From NCBI RefSeq assembly GCF_003334765.1, contig NZ_QOWT01000029.1: 51,807 nucleotides of DNA; one strand, 5' to 3'. The position numbers were made by a program, and so were the translations under genes. Shown piece by piece: positions 22,286 to 33,080 of the stretch. The stretch is from Escherichia coli. Its GTDB lineage: Bacteria > Pseudomonadota > Gammaproteobacteria > Enterobacterales > Enterobacteriaceae. The notes beneath the pieces are model-generated. The model was not told the DNA's origin, did not search any database, and worked only from the letters and a program-made list of their open reading frames with translations. Within the stretch, counting starts at the first letter, position 1. Each line of letters starts with the position of its first letter.

Positions 22286-23836
22286 ATGCCCACTTCTCAT
22301 GAAAATGCACTGCAACAACGTTGCCAGCAAATTGTCACCAGCCCGGTACTTAGCCCGGAGCAGAAGCGCCATTTTCTGGCACTGGAAGCAGAAAACAATC
22401 TGCCTTACCCCGCGTTGCCTGCCGAAGCCCGCCGCGCGCTGGATGAGGGTGTAATCTGCGATATGTTTGAAGGTCATGCGCCGTACAAACCGCGCTATGT
22501 CTTACCCGATTACGCCCGTTTTCTGGCGAACGGTTCCGAATGGCTGGAGCTGGAAGGCGCGAAAGATCTTGATGACGCACTCTCTCTGCTGACCATTCTT
22601 TACCACCACGTACCGTCGGTCACATCGATGCCGGTCTACCTGGGGCAACTGGATGCGTTGTTGCAACCGTATGTTAGAATTCTAACACAAGACGAGATCG
22701 ATATTCGAATAAAACGTTTCTGGCGTTACCTCGACAGAACCCTGCCAGATGCCTTTATGCACGCCAATATCGGCCCGTCTGATTCGCCCATTACCCGCGC
22801 AATCTTACGTGCAGACGCAGAGTTGAAGCAGGTTTCACCGAACCTGACCTTTATCTACGATCCTGAAATCACCCCTGATGACCTGCTGCTGGAAGTGGCG
22901 AAGAACATCTGTGAATGTAGCAAACCGCACATCGCCAACGGTCCGGTGCATGATAAAATTTTCACAAAAGGGGGCTACGGGATTGTGAGCTGTTACAACT
23001 CACTGCCGCTGGCGGGTGGTGGCAGCACGCTGGTACGCCTAAACCTGAAAGCCATTGCCGAGCGCAGTGAATCGCTGGAGGACTTCTTTACGCGCACTCT
23101 ACCGCACTACTGCCAACAGCAGATCGCCATCATCGATGCGCGGTGTGAATTCCTCTATCAACAATCACACTTCTTTGAGAATAGCTTCCTGGTGAAAGAA
23201 GGGCTGATTAACCCTGAACGTTTTGTGCCAATGTTTGGCATGTATGGGCTGGCGGAAGCGGTTAACTTGCTGTGTGAAAAAGAAGGAATTGCCGCGCGTT
23301 ACGGTAAAGAAGCCACCGCAAATGAAGTGGGTTATCGCATCAGCGCGCAACTGGCGGAGTTTGTCGCCAATACCCCTGTGAAATATGGCTGGCAAAAACG
23401 CGCCATGTTACACGCACAGTCGGGGATCAGTTCCGATATCGGCACCACGCCGGGCGCGCGTTTACCATATGGCGATGAGCCAGATCCGATTACCCATCTG
23501 CAAACTGTCGCGCCGCATCATGCTTATTATTATTCCGGCATCAGCGACATTCTGACGCTCGACGAAACCATCAAACGTAATCCGCAGGCGCTGGTACAGC
23601 TTTGCCTCGGTGCCTTTAAAGCCGGAATGCGTGAATTTACCGCCAATGTCAGCGGTAACGATCTGGTTCGCGTTACCGGTTATATGGTGCGTTTGTCGGA
23701 TTTAGAAAAATATCGCGCCGAAGGTTCACGCACCAACACTACCTGGCTGGGAGAAGAAGCCGCACGCAACACTCGTATTCTGGAACGTCAGCCGCGCGTG
23801 ATAAGCCATGAACAGCAGATGCGCTTTAGTCAGTAA
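22286..23836 (+). CDS. yjjI: YjjI, glycyl-radical-enzyme-like protein of unknown function (DUF3029 family)
   Basis: 516-aa ORF; C-terminal LVRVTGYMV resembles the glycyl radical fingerprint RVSGY; overlapped at its 3' end by the activase-like yjjW. Confidence 0.9.
   Translation: MPTSHENALQQRCQQIVTSPVLSPEQKRHFLALEAENNLPYPALPAEARRALDEGVICDMFEGHAPYKPRYVLPDYARFLANGSEWLELEGAKDLDDALSLLTILYHHVPSVTSMPVYLGQLDALLQPYVRILTQDEIDIRIKRFWRYLDRTLPDAFMHANIGPSDSPITRAILRADAELKQVSPNLTFIYDPEITPDDLLLEVAKNICECSKPHIANGPVHDKIFTKGGYGIVSCYNSLPLAGGGSTLVRLNLKAIAERSESLEDFFTRTLPHYCQQQIAIIDARCEFLYQQSHFFENSFLVKEGLINPERFVPMFGMYGLAEAVNLLCEKEGIAARYGKEATANEVGYRISAQLAEFVANTPVKYGWQKRAMLHAQSGISSDIGTTPGARLPYGDEPDPITHLQTVAPHHAYYYSGISDILTLDETIKRNPQALVQLCLGAFKAGMREFTANVSGNDLVRVTGYMVRLSDLEKYRAEGSRTNTTWLGEEAARNTRILERQPRVISHEQQMRFSQ
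22672..22687. promoter_or_regulatory. DeoR operator O1 (deoP1 region), inside the yjjI coding sequence
   Basis: Perfect 16-bp palindrome TGTTAGAATTCTAACA exactly 600 bp from O2. Confidence 0.75.
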
Positions 23837-24671
23837 GATTATCCCCTTCTCCTGCGTTGACGGGCCAGGCAGTCGTCTGGCTCTGTTTTTGCAGGGCTGC
23901 AATCTGCGCTGCAAAAACTGTCACAATCCGTGGACGATGGGGCGCTGTAATGATTGCGGAGAGTGCGTGCCGCAGTGTCCGCATCAGGCGTTGCAGATTA
24001 TCGACGGCAAAGTGGCGTGGAGCGCGGCTGTTTGCGAGCAATGTGATACCTGCCTGAAGATGTGCCCGCAACATGCCACGCCAATGGCGCAATCCATGAG
24101 CGTGGACGAGGTGCTTAACCATGTCCGCAAAGCGGTGCTGTTTATTGAAGGGATAACGGTAAGCGGCGGCGAAGCCACGACCCAGTTGCCGTTTGTGGTG
24201 GCGCTGTTTACTGCCATCAAAAACGATCCGCAACTGTGCCATCTCACCTGCCTCGTGGACAGTAACGGCATGTTGAGCGAAACCGGCTGGGAAAAATTGC
24301 TCCCGGTGTGTGACGGCGCAATGCTCGATCTCAAAGCGTGGGGAAGCGAATGTCATCAGCAATTAACCGGACGCGATAATCAGCAGATCAAGCGCAGCAT
24401 CTGTTTGCTGGCAGAGCGCGGTAAGCTGGCGGAACTGCGTTTGCTGGTAATCCCTGGCCAGGTGGATTATTTGCAACACATCGAAGAACTGGCGGCGTTA
24501 ATCAAGGGACTTGGCGATGTTCCGGTACGCCTGAACGCGTTTCATGCCCACGGCGTGTATGGCGAGGCGCAAAGCTGGCCGAGCGCCACGCAGGAAGACA
24601 TTGAGCCGTTGGCTGATGCGTTAAAGGTGCGCGGGGTGAGCCGGTTGATATTTCCGGCGCTGTATTTGTGA
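23808..24671 (+). CDS. yjjW: YjjW, radical SAM glycyl-radical activating enzyme-like protein
   Basis: 287-aa ORF; radical SAM CxxxCxxC (CNLRCKNC) plus two ferredoxin-like CxxCxxCxxxC motifs ([22 protein letters not shown]). Confidence 0.9.
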   Translation: MNSRCALVSKIIPFSCVDGPGSRLALFLQGCNLRCKNCHNPWTMGRCNDCGECVPQCPHQALQIIDGKVAWSAAVCEQCDTCLKMCPQHATPMAQSMSVDEVLNHVRKAVLFIEGITVSGGEATTQLPFVVALFTAIKNDPQLCHLTCLVDSNGMLSETGWEKLLPVCDGAMLDLKAWGSECHQQLTGRDNQQIKRSICLLAERGKLAELRLLVIPGQVDYLQHIEELAALIKGLGDVPVRLNAFHAHGVYGEAQSWPSATQEDIEPLADALKVRGVSRLIFPALYL

Positions 24672-24790
24672 CATGCCGGATGTGGCCTACAGTTCGGCAC
24701 AGACTTGTAGGCATGATAAGACGCGTCAAGCGTCGCATCAGGCATTGTGCGCCAACTGCCGGATGCGGCGTGAACGCCTTATCCGGCCTA
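24672..24790. repeat. BIME/REP cluster between yjjW and yjjV
   Basis: GCCGGATGTGGCCTACA, GATAAGACGCG...CGCATCAGGC, GCCGGATGCGGCGTGAACGCCTTATCCGGCCTACA; last unit overlaps the yjjV stop codon. Confidence 0.75.
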
Positions 24791-25567
24791 CAGCACGTTA
24801 AACAACGTATACGTGTTATTAAGCAACACTTCGGCAATTTCATCTGCGGGTTCCAAGCGTAACTCACAAAGCACAGCAAACACCCGCGCGGCCTGTTCCG
24901 GGCGGTTAGGCTGCCCCTGAAAACCGTTGAGCGGCATATCCGGCGCGTCGGTTTCCAGCAACAACGATGCCAGCGGTAATTTTGCGATGACATCGCGGGT
25001 TTTACTGGCGCGTGGATAGGTGATAGTGCCGCCTACGCCAATTTTGTAGCCCAGCTGTACAAACCGTTCAGCCTGTTGCAGGCTGCCGGAAAAACCGTGA
25101 ACCACGCCAGTACGCGGCAAATCGTGGCGTTTAAGATGCATCGCCAGTTTGTCGTGCGTGCGCCGTGAATGCAGGATCACCGGCAGATCGTAGCGTTTCG
25201 CCAGTTTCAGTTGTTCGTCGAGTAACCACTGCTGCCTCTCAAATTGCGGATCGTCGCCAAAGAGATCCAGGCCGATCTCCCCCACCGCCACCACCTTCGC
25301 CGGATGCCTTTCCAGCGCCTGCTGTAACTGCTCCAGCGATGCATCGCTATGTTTTTCTAACATCCCCGGATGCAACCCTAACGCGCCATACAGCGGTTGA
25401 TATTTTTCCGCTAACGCCTGCACGCGGGCAAAATTTTCCGCCTCTGTCGCCGGAACAATGATCTTGCCTACGCCCGCTTGTTCCGCGCGTTGCAGGCTGG
25501 CCTCTTCATCACCACTAAACGGCGGGAAATCAAAATGGCAGTGGGTGTCGATAAAACGGCAAATCAA
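24788..25567 (-). CDS. yjjV: TatD-family metal-dependent hydrolase YjjV
   Basis: 259-aa ORF with N-terminal HxH metal motif (DTHCHFD). Confidence 0.9.
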   Translation of the reverse strand: MICRFIDTHCHFDFPPFSGDEEASLQRAEQAGVGKIIVPATEAENFARVQALAEKYQPLYGALGLHPGMLEKHSDASLEQLQQALERHPAKVVAVGEIGLDLFGDDPQFERQQWLLDEQLKLAKRYDLPVILHSRRTHDKLAMHLKRHDLPRTGVVHGFSGSLQQAERFVQLGYKIGVGGTITYPRASKTRDVIAKLPLASLLLETDAPDMPLNGFQGQPNRPEQAARVFAVLCELRLEPADEIAEVLLNNTYTLFNVL

Positions 25568-26637
25568 GCCAGATCCTCATTGTTAAATGTCGGGTCGTTC
25601 GCCTGCGGAGCGTCGATCACTTCGGCAACCAGCGTATCGTTGGCGACTGACGCAGGCGGAATAACGATCGACTCCGGCGTCACCACCGGCACCAGATGGC
25701 GGGTAAGCGGCGCTTTTTCAGTCAATAACTTACCGACCGTTGCCAGAAAATAACGACCGCATAAACGCCCAAGTTTATAGTCTTCACGCAGCGCCGGAAT
25801 CCGACTGCCAAGCGCGATACTATGCAATGGCTTCGGCGGATAAATTTCGAATATCCGCAGTTTGCCCGGTGGTTTCTCAATAAATTGCTGAATGTCACGA
25901 TAGCTGGTTTCATGATGCTGCACCAGATTGACCAGCGGCTGCAGGCTACTGTCACCCAGCCAGCGTTCCATGCGTTTGAACCACTGCGGCGTGTAGTACA
26001 TTTGCGACGGCACGGTGCGGATGACGACCAACGTTTTAGCGCCCTGCCTTGCCGCCTCTTTAACCGGAATCGCATCACTGATCCCGCCATCCAGGTAGTT
26101 AATGCCTTCCAGCGACACTCCGCTACGATAAAAGCCAGGTATCGCACTGGAGGCGCGAATCACATCCAGCCAGTTTTGTTTGGTTGGTAAAAAGTAATTC
26201 GGCGCGTAGTCATCCTGACGACAGGCGCACATATAAAACGATTTGCCGCTGTCAAACAACCGCGCGGCGGTGTCCATTTGCAACGGCATCTGGCTTGCGG
26301 TGGCCTCCACCAGCCAGTCGAGATCGATAAGATTTCCTCCACGGACAAAGCGCAATGGATCGAAAAATTCGCGTTTTGTGGTATAGCGCATGATGACTTT
26401 ACGCGCGTAACCGGGCTGATTGCAGATATACGCCGAGAGGTTCTGCGCCCCGGCAGATGTGCCGAGATAAAGATCGAAAGGATTAAACTGCGCACGCATA
26501 AACTCATCCAGCACGCCAGCCGTGAAAATTCCACGCTGTCCGCCGCCTTCGCACACCAGAGCAATCCGTCCAGGCTGGAACGGCCTTAGCGACAACGGCG
26601 CAATATTACCAAGCGTTACAGGTATTCGCTGCCCCAC
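25564..26637 (-). CDS. yjjU: Patatin-like phospholipase YjjU
   Basis: ORF track 369 aa; start moved to GTG (VGQRIPV) to give 357 aa; patatin GGGxRG (CEGGGQRG) and GTSAG serine motif. Confidence 0.88.
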   Translation of the reverse strand: MGQRIPVTLGNIAPLSLRPFQPGRIALVCEGGGQRGIFTAGVLDEFMRAQFNPFDLYLGTSAGAQNLSAYICNQPGYARKVIMRYTTKREFFDPLRFVRGGNLIDLDWLVEATASQMPLQMDTAARLFDSGKSFYMCACRQDDYAPNYFLPTKQNWLDVIRASSAIPGFYRSGVSLEGINYLDGGISDAIPVKEAARQGAKTLVVIRTVPSQMYYTPQWFKRMERWLGDSSLQPLVNLVQHHETSYRDIQQFIEKPPGKLRIFEIYPPKPLHSIALGSRIPALREDYKLGRLCGRYFLATVGKLLTEKAPLTRHLVPVVTPESIVIPPASVANDTLVAEVIDAPQANDPTFNNEDLA

Positions 26638-26758
26638 CTCTGCCTTCCTGTTTTTGTTGTGAAAGAATGACAAAGTAACGCAATTTATTATTCGCTAAAA
26701 CCGCAAAAGCCAGTCCGCTGGACTGGCTTTGGATAAAATTTTCTTAATGGTCTGAAAT

Positions 26759-26920
26759 CTAGGGTCGTTTTCGGCCCATGAACAAACTCACCAGGAACAG
26801 AATAATCCCGACGACAAAGACAATTTTAGCTGCGCCTGCAGCGGTACCGGCCAGACCACCAAACCCAAGTGCGGCGGCGATTAACGCGATAACCAGAAAT
26901 ATGATGCCCCAACGAAACAT
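26759..26920 (-). CDS. ytjA: Small membrane protein YtjA (DUF1328)
   Basis: Start moved to [10 protein letters not shown] (53 aa), preceded by AAGGAGA; two hydrophobic helices. Confidence 0.8.
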
Positions 26921-27046
26921 AAGCGTCTCCTTTACCATAGTTAATGTCACCGCTTGATATGAGCGTGAAAATCACACAATGCGATATTTTTAGTGTGGTG
27001 CACATCGCGCCTCCCGACAAAGTTCGGGAGGACGAATTACGACGAA

Positions 27047-27652
27047 TTACTTAGTTTTCAGATCATTTTTAACGCTTTTCACACCATCTACCGCTTTGGC
27101 GATACTTTCAGCACGGTCGCTCTGTGCCTGGGAATCGACGGTACCGGAGAGCTGAACCACGCCGTCGGTGGTTTCAACTTTCACATGACGGGAAGGGACG
27201 ATATCGTCCGCCAGCAGTTTGGCTTTGATTTCACTGGTGGTGGCGGTGTCACCCGCGTAGCCCTTCACCGAGCCTTCTTTAGCGTCGCGAACGTGCAGTT
27301 TGTCGCTGACAGAGGTCACCCCTTCAACGCCTTTCGCCACTTTCACTGCCTCTTCGGCCTGAGCCTGGCTTTCAACGAAACCGCTCAGGGTCACGACTTT
27401 TTGATCGGTTTTGACAGAGATATCGGTGCTCTTAATGTTGTCATGATCCACCAGCGCCGCCTTCACTTTCGCGGTGATGGCGCTGTCATCCATGAAATTA
27501 CCGACTTTATTCATAGAGCTATCGACTTTTTGCCCTGCGCTTTCATTGGTAGTCTGCGCGTTGTTTTCCGCGTAGGCAGAGCCGGTCGCGACGGCAGAGG
27601 TCAACATTACAGCCAGCAGAGTTTTCGAAATCTTCAGTCTTGTCATAGTCAT
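27047..27652 (-). CDS. osmY: Osmotically inducible periplasmic protein OsmY
   Basis: ORF track 227 aa; start moved to [10 protein letters not shown] to give 201 aa; signal peptide and two BON domains. Confidence 0.93.
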
Positions 27653-28009
27653 CGATTTATTCCTGTATGTTTGCTCGTAATTTGAGCCTGGCAACACGAG
27701 GTTGCATTGCTGAATAGGGAGAGACTTCACCCTCTACAGAAGTCAATGGTCGCCATCACAAAAGCGATGGGTGATGAATAACGACCATTACAGCCTCTGA
27801 ATCAGTTATTAATATCGGTAGAATGACAATCGACGGCTTTAGATACTGATATCTACGCATTGAACGGTATTTAACGCCGTCAGAAATGTCATTACTTTGT
27901 TAAATATAGATCACAATTTTGAAACCGCTCGGGATATCAGCGAAAACATAAGCAAAAGTGAATGTTTTAAGAACATTCCGTAAGCGGCTAATAAGGAAGG
28001 GAAATTGAC

Positions 28010-28036
28010 AGGGCGCAGCGGCTACCGCGCCCTGGA
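28010..28036 (-). terminator. GC-rich hairpin just past prfC stop, possible terminator
   Basis: Stem GGGCGC/GCGCCC about 10 bp after prfC stop; no clear T-run. Confidence 0.4.
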
Positions 28037-28044
28037 GGCAAGAA

Positions 28045-29634
28045 TTAATGCTCGCGGGTCTGGTGGAACTGAACGTCCGGATAACGTTCCTGCGCCAGAC
28101 GCAGGTTGACCATGCTGGTAGCGATGTAAGCGAGGTTATCGCCGCCATCAAGCGCCAGTTGGCTTTCGTTCTTACGCTTGAACTCTTCGAATTTCTTCGC
28201 GTCCGCACATTCTACCCAGCGTGCAGTGGCAACGTTGACTGACTCATACACTGCTTCAACGTTGTATTCGCTCTTCAGGCGCGCTACCACCACATCAAAC
28301 TGCAGCACACCAACTGCACCAACGATCAGGTCGTTGTTGGAGATCGGACGGAACACCTGCACTGCGCCCTCTTCGGAAAGCTGTACCAGCCCTTTGAGCA
28401 GCTGTTTTTGCTTCAGTGGATCTTTCAGGCGGATACGACGGAACAGTTCTGGTGCGAAGTTCGGAATACCGGTGAACTTCATCATCTCACCCTGGGTAAA
28501 GGTGTCGCCGATCTGAATGGTGCCGTGGTTGTGCAGGCCGAGGATATCTCCCGGATACGCTTCTTCAACGTGCGAACGGTCGCCCGCCATAAAGGTCAGC
28601 GCGTCGGAGATCACCACATCTTTCGCGGTGCGCACCTGGCGCAGTTTCATGCCTTTTTCATATTTACCGGATACCACGCGCATAAACGCCACGCGGTCAC
28701 GGTGTTTCGGGTCCATGTTGGCCTGAATTTTAAATACGAAGCCGGTAAATTTGTCTTCGCTCGCTTCTACGGTACGGGTATCAGTCTGACGCGGCATCGG
28801 CGCAGGTGCCCACTCCACCAGACCATCCAGCATATGATCGACGCCGAAGTTACCCAGCGCAGTACCAAAGAATACCGGAGTGATTTCGCCCGCAAGGAAC
28901 AATTCTTTGTCGAACTCGTTAGACGCGCCTTTCACCAGCTCCAGTTCATCACGCAGCTGCTGCGCCAGATCTTCACCAACCGCAGCGTCGAGATCCGGGT
29001 TATTCAGCCCTTTAACAATACGGACTTCCTGAATGGTGTGGCCTTTACCGCTCTGATAAAGATAGGTTTCATCTTTATAAAGGTGGTAAACGCCTTTAAA
29101 CAGCTTGCCGCAGCCAATCGGCCAGGTGATCGGTGCGCAGCCGATTTTCAGCTCGTTCTCAACTTCATCGAGCAGTTCCATCGGGTCGCGGATATCACGG
29201 TCAAGTTTGTTCATAAAGGTGAGGATCGGCGTATCGCGCAGACGGGTAACTTCCATCAGCTTGCGGGTACGATCTTCAACACCTTTTGCGGCGTCGATAA
29301 CCATCAGGCAGCAGTCCACCGCCGTCAGGGTACGATAGGTATCTTCCGAGAAGTCTTCGTGCCCCGGGGTGTCGAGCAGGTTAACCAGGCAATCGTGATA
29401 CGGAAACTGCATCACAGACGTAGTAATGGAGATCCCACGCTGCTTTTCCATCTCCATCCAGTCCGACTTAGCGTGCTGGTTGGAACCACGGCCTTTTACT
29501 GTACCGGCGGTCTGAATGGCCTGTCCGAACAGCAGCACCTTCTCGGTGATGGTAGTCTTACCGGCGTCTGGGTGAGAAATAATGGCAAAAGTGCGGCGCT
29601 TCGCCACCTCTTGCAAATAAGGAGACAACGTCAT
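28045..29634 (-). CDS. prfC: Peptide chain release factor 3 (GTPase)
   Basis: ORF track 538 aa; start moved to [10 protein letters not shown] to give 529 aa; GTPase motifs [12 protein letters not shown] and DTPGH. Confidence 0.95.
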
Positions 29635-29724
29635 AATTCTTTCTTCTTGAGTAAGCGGCATCGCGCCGCGCTTGTTGAAAACGAAAAATTGCGGCTATTT
29701 TACCCATCAACGGGGGGGAGGCAA

Positions 29725-30402
29725 TCAGTGTTTACACAGGAGCTGCTCCAGTTCGTGCAACGAAGAAACGGTCCAGGTAGGCGCGATGCCTTCTGGTTGC
29801 TCGCGATTGTGCGCATTCAGCCAGCAGGTCGCAAGCCCGGCGTTGATGCCACCGAGAATATCGGACTCGGCAGTGTCGCCAACCATCAGCACGCGTGAAC
29901 GGTCAGGATTGCCCGCCTGTTCCAGCGCATAATCGAAAATTTTCTTATTCGGTTTGGCAACGCCAACTTCTTCGGAAATCACCAGCAAATCGAAATAATC
30001 ACGCAGGCCCGTGCGTTCCAGACGCACTTGCTGCAAGGCGCTAAAGCCGTTGGTGATGATGCCAATTTTAGCGTTGCCACGAATGGCGTTAAGCAGAGAA
30101 ACCGCGCCCGGCAGCGGCGTACAGATTTCCGCCATCGCATTAATAAAGGCTTCGTTGAGTTTACCCGGCTCGACGTTCAGCCGTTCGGCCCAGCTCTCAA
30201 ACCGCCCGTGCTGAAGCTGTAATGAAGTGATCGCGCCGTTTTGATAATCCACCCACAGTGGCTTGTTAACGGCCTGATAGTCCTGAAAATCTTCAGCGGT
30301 AAAGGTGACGCTGTAATCAAGAAACATCCGCTGCAGGCCGGTGAATGAGTCAAAGGTAAACAGCGTTTCATCGGCATCAAAGAAAATCCAGTCCCACTTC
30401 AT
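29725..30402 (-). CDS. yjjG: HAD-family pyrimidine 5'-nucleotidase YjjG
   Basis: 225-aa ORF with HAD motif I FFDADETL. Confidence 0.9.
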   Translation of the reverse strand: MKWDWIFFDADETLFTFDSFTGLQRMFLDYSVTFTAEDFQDYQAVNKPLWVDYQNGAITSLQLQHGRFESWAERLNVEPGKLNEAFINAMAEICTPLPGAVSLLNAIRGNAKIGIITNGFSALQQVRLERTGLRDYFDLLVISEEVGVAKPNKKIFDYALEQAGNPDRSRVLMVGDTAESDILGGINAGLATCWLNAHNREQPEGIAPTWTVSSLHELEQLLCKH

Positions 30403-30416
30403 TATTCCACCTTGTC

Positions 30417-30863
30417 TTACATACTGATTGGCAACGCCATGATGATGGCGTCTTCGCGACCGTCCGTGGTGGGGTAGTAATTGCGGCGAATCGTCGCCTC
30501 GTTAAAGCCTAAACTTTCGTACAGTGCAATGGCGGCAGCGTTTGAGGCACGGACTTCCAGCCATAGCGTCGCCACGCCGCGTTTTTCCAGTTCGTCGATC
30601 AGATGTTCCAGCAGCGCCCTTCCCAATCCCTGACGCTGATAGTCAGGATCGACCGCAATATTGAACAATGTAGCTTCATCCAGCACCACTTGCGTAATCG
30701 CAAACGCCGCCATTTTGCCGTTTTGCGTTAACTGAAAGTTGAGATAACGCTCGCCCTGGTTGCTGGCAAAGGTTTTCTCACTCCACGGAAAGGCGTGGGC
30801 GCGTTGTTCAATGTGGTAAGCCGCTGGTAAATCAGTCGTTTCGAGGGAAGAAATCGTGTTCAT
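30417..30863 (-). CDS. rimI: Ribosomal protein S18 alanine N-acetyltransferase RimI
   Basis: 148-aa ORF with GNAT acetyl-CoA motif ([13 protein letters not shown]). Confidence 0.92.
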   Translation of the reverse strand: MNTISSLETTDLPAAYHIEQRAHAFPWSEKTFASNQGERYLNFQLTQNGKMAAFAITQVVLDEATLFNIAVDPDYQRQGLGRALLEHLIDELEKRGVATLWLEVRASNAAAIALYESLGFNEATIRRNYYPTTDGREDAIIMALPISM

Positions 30864-31245
30864 ATGTGCAAATTTGTTGCCATAACGCGGCGCGTGCCGT
30901 TGGGTTTGCCCGTAATTCGGTGAGCGCCGGTGATGCCACCTGAGCGCCTTCCAGTGATAGCGGTTCGTCAGTACCCAACCGCCAGCTGTTGCAGCGACTG
31001 CCTTGTGGCAGCATCGAGATTTTTTCTGGCGTCAGTTGCAGCACTTGATCGGGGCTGACGGTTAATGCGCGCAGAACATCGCTCACCAGAGGATCAGTCA
31101 GGGCGGGAAGATCGTTTGCCACCATCACCAGACGGACGTGTGCCGGGATCGCAATGGCAATCTCCCCCTGCAACGCGCCAGGGCGACGCAGCGACCACTG
31201 GGTAATGCCCAGTTGCTGTAACTGCCAGTCTCGTCGGGATGTCAT
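30832..31245 (-). CDS. holD: DNA polymerase III psi subunit HolD
   Basis: 137-aa ORF whose 3' end overlaps the rimI start. Confidence 0.9.
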   Translation of the reverse strand: MTSRRDWQLQQLGITQWSLRRPGALQGEIAIAIPAHVRLVMVANDLPALTDPLVSDVLRALTVSPDQVLQLTPEKISMLPQGSRCNSWRLGTDEPLSLEGAQVASPALTELRANPTARAALWQQICTYEHDFFPRND

Positions 31246-31347
31246 AGCGAATCGCTCCTGTTGTCAGGGGCGCAAATATAGCAAATTCGTCGATACCGCG
31301 CCAACATATGGCTATAATCGCCGCCAGTATCAATTGAGGAGCATTCC

Positions 31348-32379
31348 ATGTCTGCATTTACCCCGGCAAGTGAAGTCTTGCTGCGTCACAGTGATGATTT
31401 CGAACAAAGCCGTATTCTGTTTGCCGGAGACTTACAGGATGACCTGCCCGCGCGTTTAGATACCGCGGCCAGCCGTGCTCATACCCAGCAATTCCACCAT
31501 TGGCAGGTGTTAAGCCGCCAGATGGGGGATAACGCCCGTTTTAGTCTGGTCGCAACGGCAGATGACGTCGCAGATTGCGATACGCTGATCTACTACTGGC
31601 CGAAGAATAAACCGGAAGCCCAGTTCCAGTTGATGAATTTACTTTCTCTGCTGCCGGTGGGCACGGATATTTTTGTCGTTGGCGAGAACCGCAGCGGCGT
31701 GCGCAGCGCCGAACAGATGCTGGCAGATTATGCGCCGTTGAATAAAGTCGACAGCGCCCGTCGCTGCGGCCTCTATTTTGGTCGTCTGGAAAAACAGCCG
31801 GAATTTGATGCGGATAAATTCTGGGGCGAATATAACGTGGATGGCCTGACGGTCAAAACGCTGCCGGGCGTGTTTAGCCGCGACGGTCTGGATGTCGGTA
31901 GCCAGTTACTGCTCTCGACGTTAACTCCGCACACGAAAGGTAAAGTGCTGGATGTCGGCTGTGGCGCGGGCGTGCTTTCTGTTGCCTTTGCGCGCCATTC
32001 GCCGAAAATTCGTCTCACTCTGTGCGATGTCTCTGCGCCAGCGGTAGAAGCCAGCCGCGCAACACTTGCGGCCAACGGTGTTGAAGGTGAAGTCTTTGCC
32101 AGTAACGTCTTTTCCGAGGTGAAAGGTCGTTTTGATATGATCATCTCCAACCCGCCGTTCCACGATGGGATGCAAACCAGCCTCGATGCGGCGCAAACGC
32201 TGATTCGCGGCGCGGTGCGTCATCTTAATAGCGGCGGCGAGCTGCGAATTGTAGCGAACGCCTTCCTGCCTTATCCGGACGTGCTGGATGAGACATTTGG
32301 CTTCCACGAAGTGATCGCGCAAACCGGGCGCTTCAAGGTGTATCGCGCCATTATGACCCGCCAGGCGAAGAAAGGTTAA
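31348..32379 (+). CDS. rsmC: 16S rRNA (guanine1207-N2)-methyltransferase RsmC
   Basis: 343-aa ORF with SAM-binding motif [12 protein letters not shown] and NPPFH catalytic motif. Confidence 0.93.
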   Translation: MSAFTPASEVLLRHSDDFEQSRILFAGDLQDDLPARLDTAASRAHTQQFHHWQVLSRQMGDNARFSLVATADDVADCDTLIYYWPKNKPEAQFQLMNLLSLLPVGTDIFVVGENRSGVRSAEQMLADYAPLNKVDSARRCGLYFGRLEKQPEFDADKFWGEYNVDGLTVKTLPGVFSRDGLDVGSQLLLSTLTPHTKGKVLDVGCGAGVLSVAFARHSPKIRLTLCDVSAPAVEASRATLAANGVEGEVFASNVFSEVKGRFDMIISNPPFHDGMQTSLDAAQTLIRGAVRHLNSGGELRIVANAFLPYPDVLDETFGFHEVIAQTGRFKVYRAIMTRQAKKG

Positions 32380-32509
32380 GTATCTGATATCTGTCGCCGC
32401 ATACCGTGTCGGATGCGGCGTACACGCCTTCTCTGACCGACAAACGAATTATCCACAATCCGCTGATGGACATTTTTCCAGCAATTACACCTCCGGCGAT
32501 AATTAACTA

Positions 32510-32537
32510 TTGACGAAAAGCTGAAAACCACTAGAAT
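32510..32537 (+). promoter_or_regulatory. Sigma-70 promoter of the tRNA-Leu gene
   Basis: -35 TTGACG, 16-bp spacer, -10 TAGAAT, about 40 bp upstream of the mature tRNA 5' end. Confidence 0.7.
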
Positions 32538-32578
32538 GCGCCTCCGTGGTAGCAATTCTTTTTAAGAATTGATGGTAT

Positions 32579-32665
32579 GCGAAGGTGGCGGAATTGGTAG
32601 ACGCGCTAGCTTCAGGTGTTAGTGTCCTTACGGACGTGGGGGTTCAAGTCCCCCCCCTCGCACCA
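32579..32665 (+). tRNA. leuV: tRNA-Leu (anticodon CAG)
   Basis: 87-nt sequence GCGAAGGTGGCGGAATTGGTAGACGCG...GGTTCAAGTCCCCCCCCTCGCACCA with anticodon loop CTTCAGGTG and encoded CCA; only one copy present. Confidence 0.95.
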
Positions 32666-32703
32666 ATTATCTTTACTTCCTTTCTTGTTTCTTCCCTGAT
32701 TTT

Positions 32704-32940
32704 TCATCCCTGATTCAAATTCATTATCATCAGCATGATGCCAGCAATAAGCGCCAGGCACGATGGCAGCAAAACGTAATGCCGCAACTGTTTGTGATAC
32801 AGCATCACCGGCGTCAATATTAATCCCATCAGAATGACAATCCGCCACTGATCCGGCGATAAATCCGCATACATCAGCCCTGCAATCAGCAATCCCGGCA
32901 GCAACACTCCCCAGCCACTGCCCAGCGTACGTTGCAACAT
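32704..32940 (-). CDS. yjjZ: Small membrane protein YjjZ (DUF1435)
   Basis: ORF track 115 aa; start moved to MLQRTLGSGW to give 78 aa; Fur box immediately upstream. Confidence 0.75.
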   Translation of the reverse strand: MLQRTLGSGWGVLLPGLLIAGLMYADLSPDQWRIVILMGLILTPVMLYHKQLRHYVLLPSCLALIAGIMLMIMNLNQG

Positions 32941-32958
32941 GGTTTCATCTCTTTCATT

Positions 32959-32995
32959 GATAATGATAACTAATATCATATGATAATTTTTATCA
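32959..32995. promoter_or_regulatory. Fur boxes in the yjjZ/fhuF divergent control region
   Basis: GATAATGATAACTAATATC closely matches the Fur consensus GATAATGATAATCATTATC; adjacent TGATAATTTTTATCA palindrome. Confidence 0.7.
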
Positions 32996-33047
32996 TTTGC
33001 AAGCCAGAGAAATCCCTTGCTATCGGGTAAACCTATCGCTAGGATTA

Positions 33048-33068
33048 GCAATCATTATCATTTAGATT
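33048..33068. promoter_or_regulatory. Fur-box-like site next to the fhuF start
   Basis: GCAATCATTATCATTTAGATT (AATCATTATC core) 13 bp upstream of the fhuF ATG. Confidence 0.55.
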
Positions 33069-33080
33069 ACTATCCCGATT

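Noticed and set aside
22110-22454. 114-aa plus-strand ORF spanning the deoC-yjjI intergenic region
   Set aside because: Begins in the deo promoter region and runs out of frame into yjjI; no ribosome-binding site; overlaps the CRP/CytR-rich deoP2 control region.
28408-29898. 496-aa plus-strand ORF
   Set aside because: Antisense to and contained within prfC, which has clear GTPase motifs and the expected length; its sequence is Arg/His/Gly-rich with no recognisable domain, typical of antisense read-through in GC-rich coding DNA.
32395-32420. Hairpin CGCCGCAT...ATGCGGCG after rsmC as an intrinsic terminator
   Set aside because: No T-run follows; it looks more like a solitary REP-like palindrome, so it is not called a terminator.
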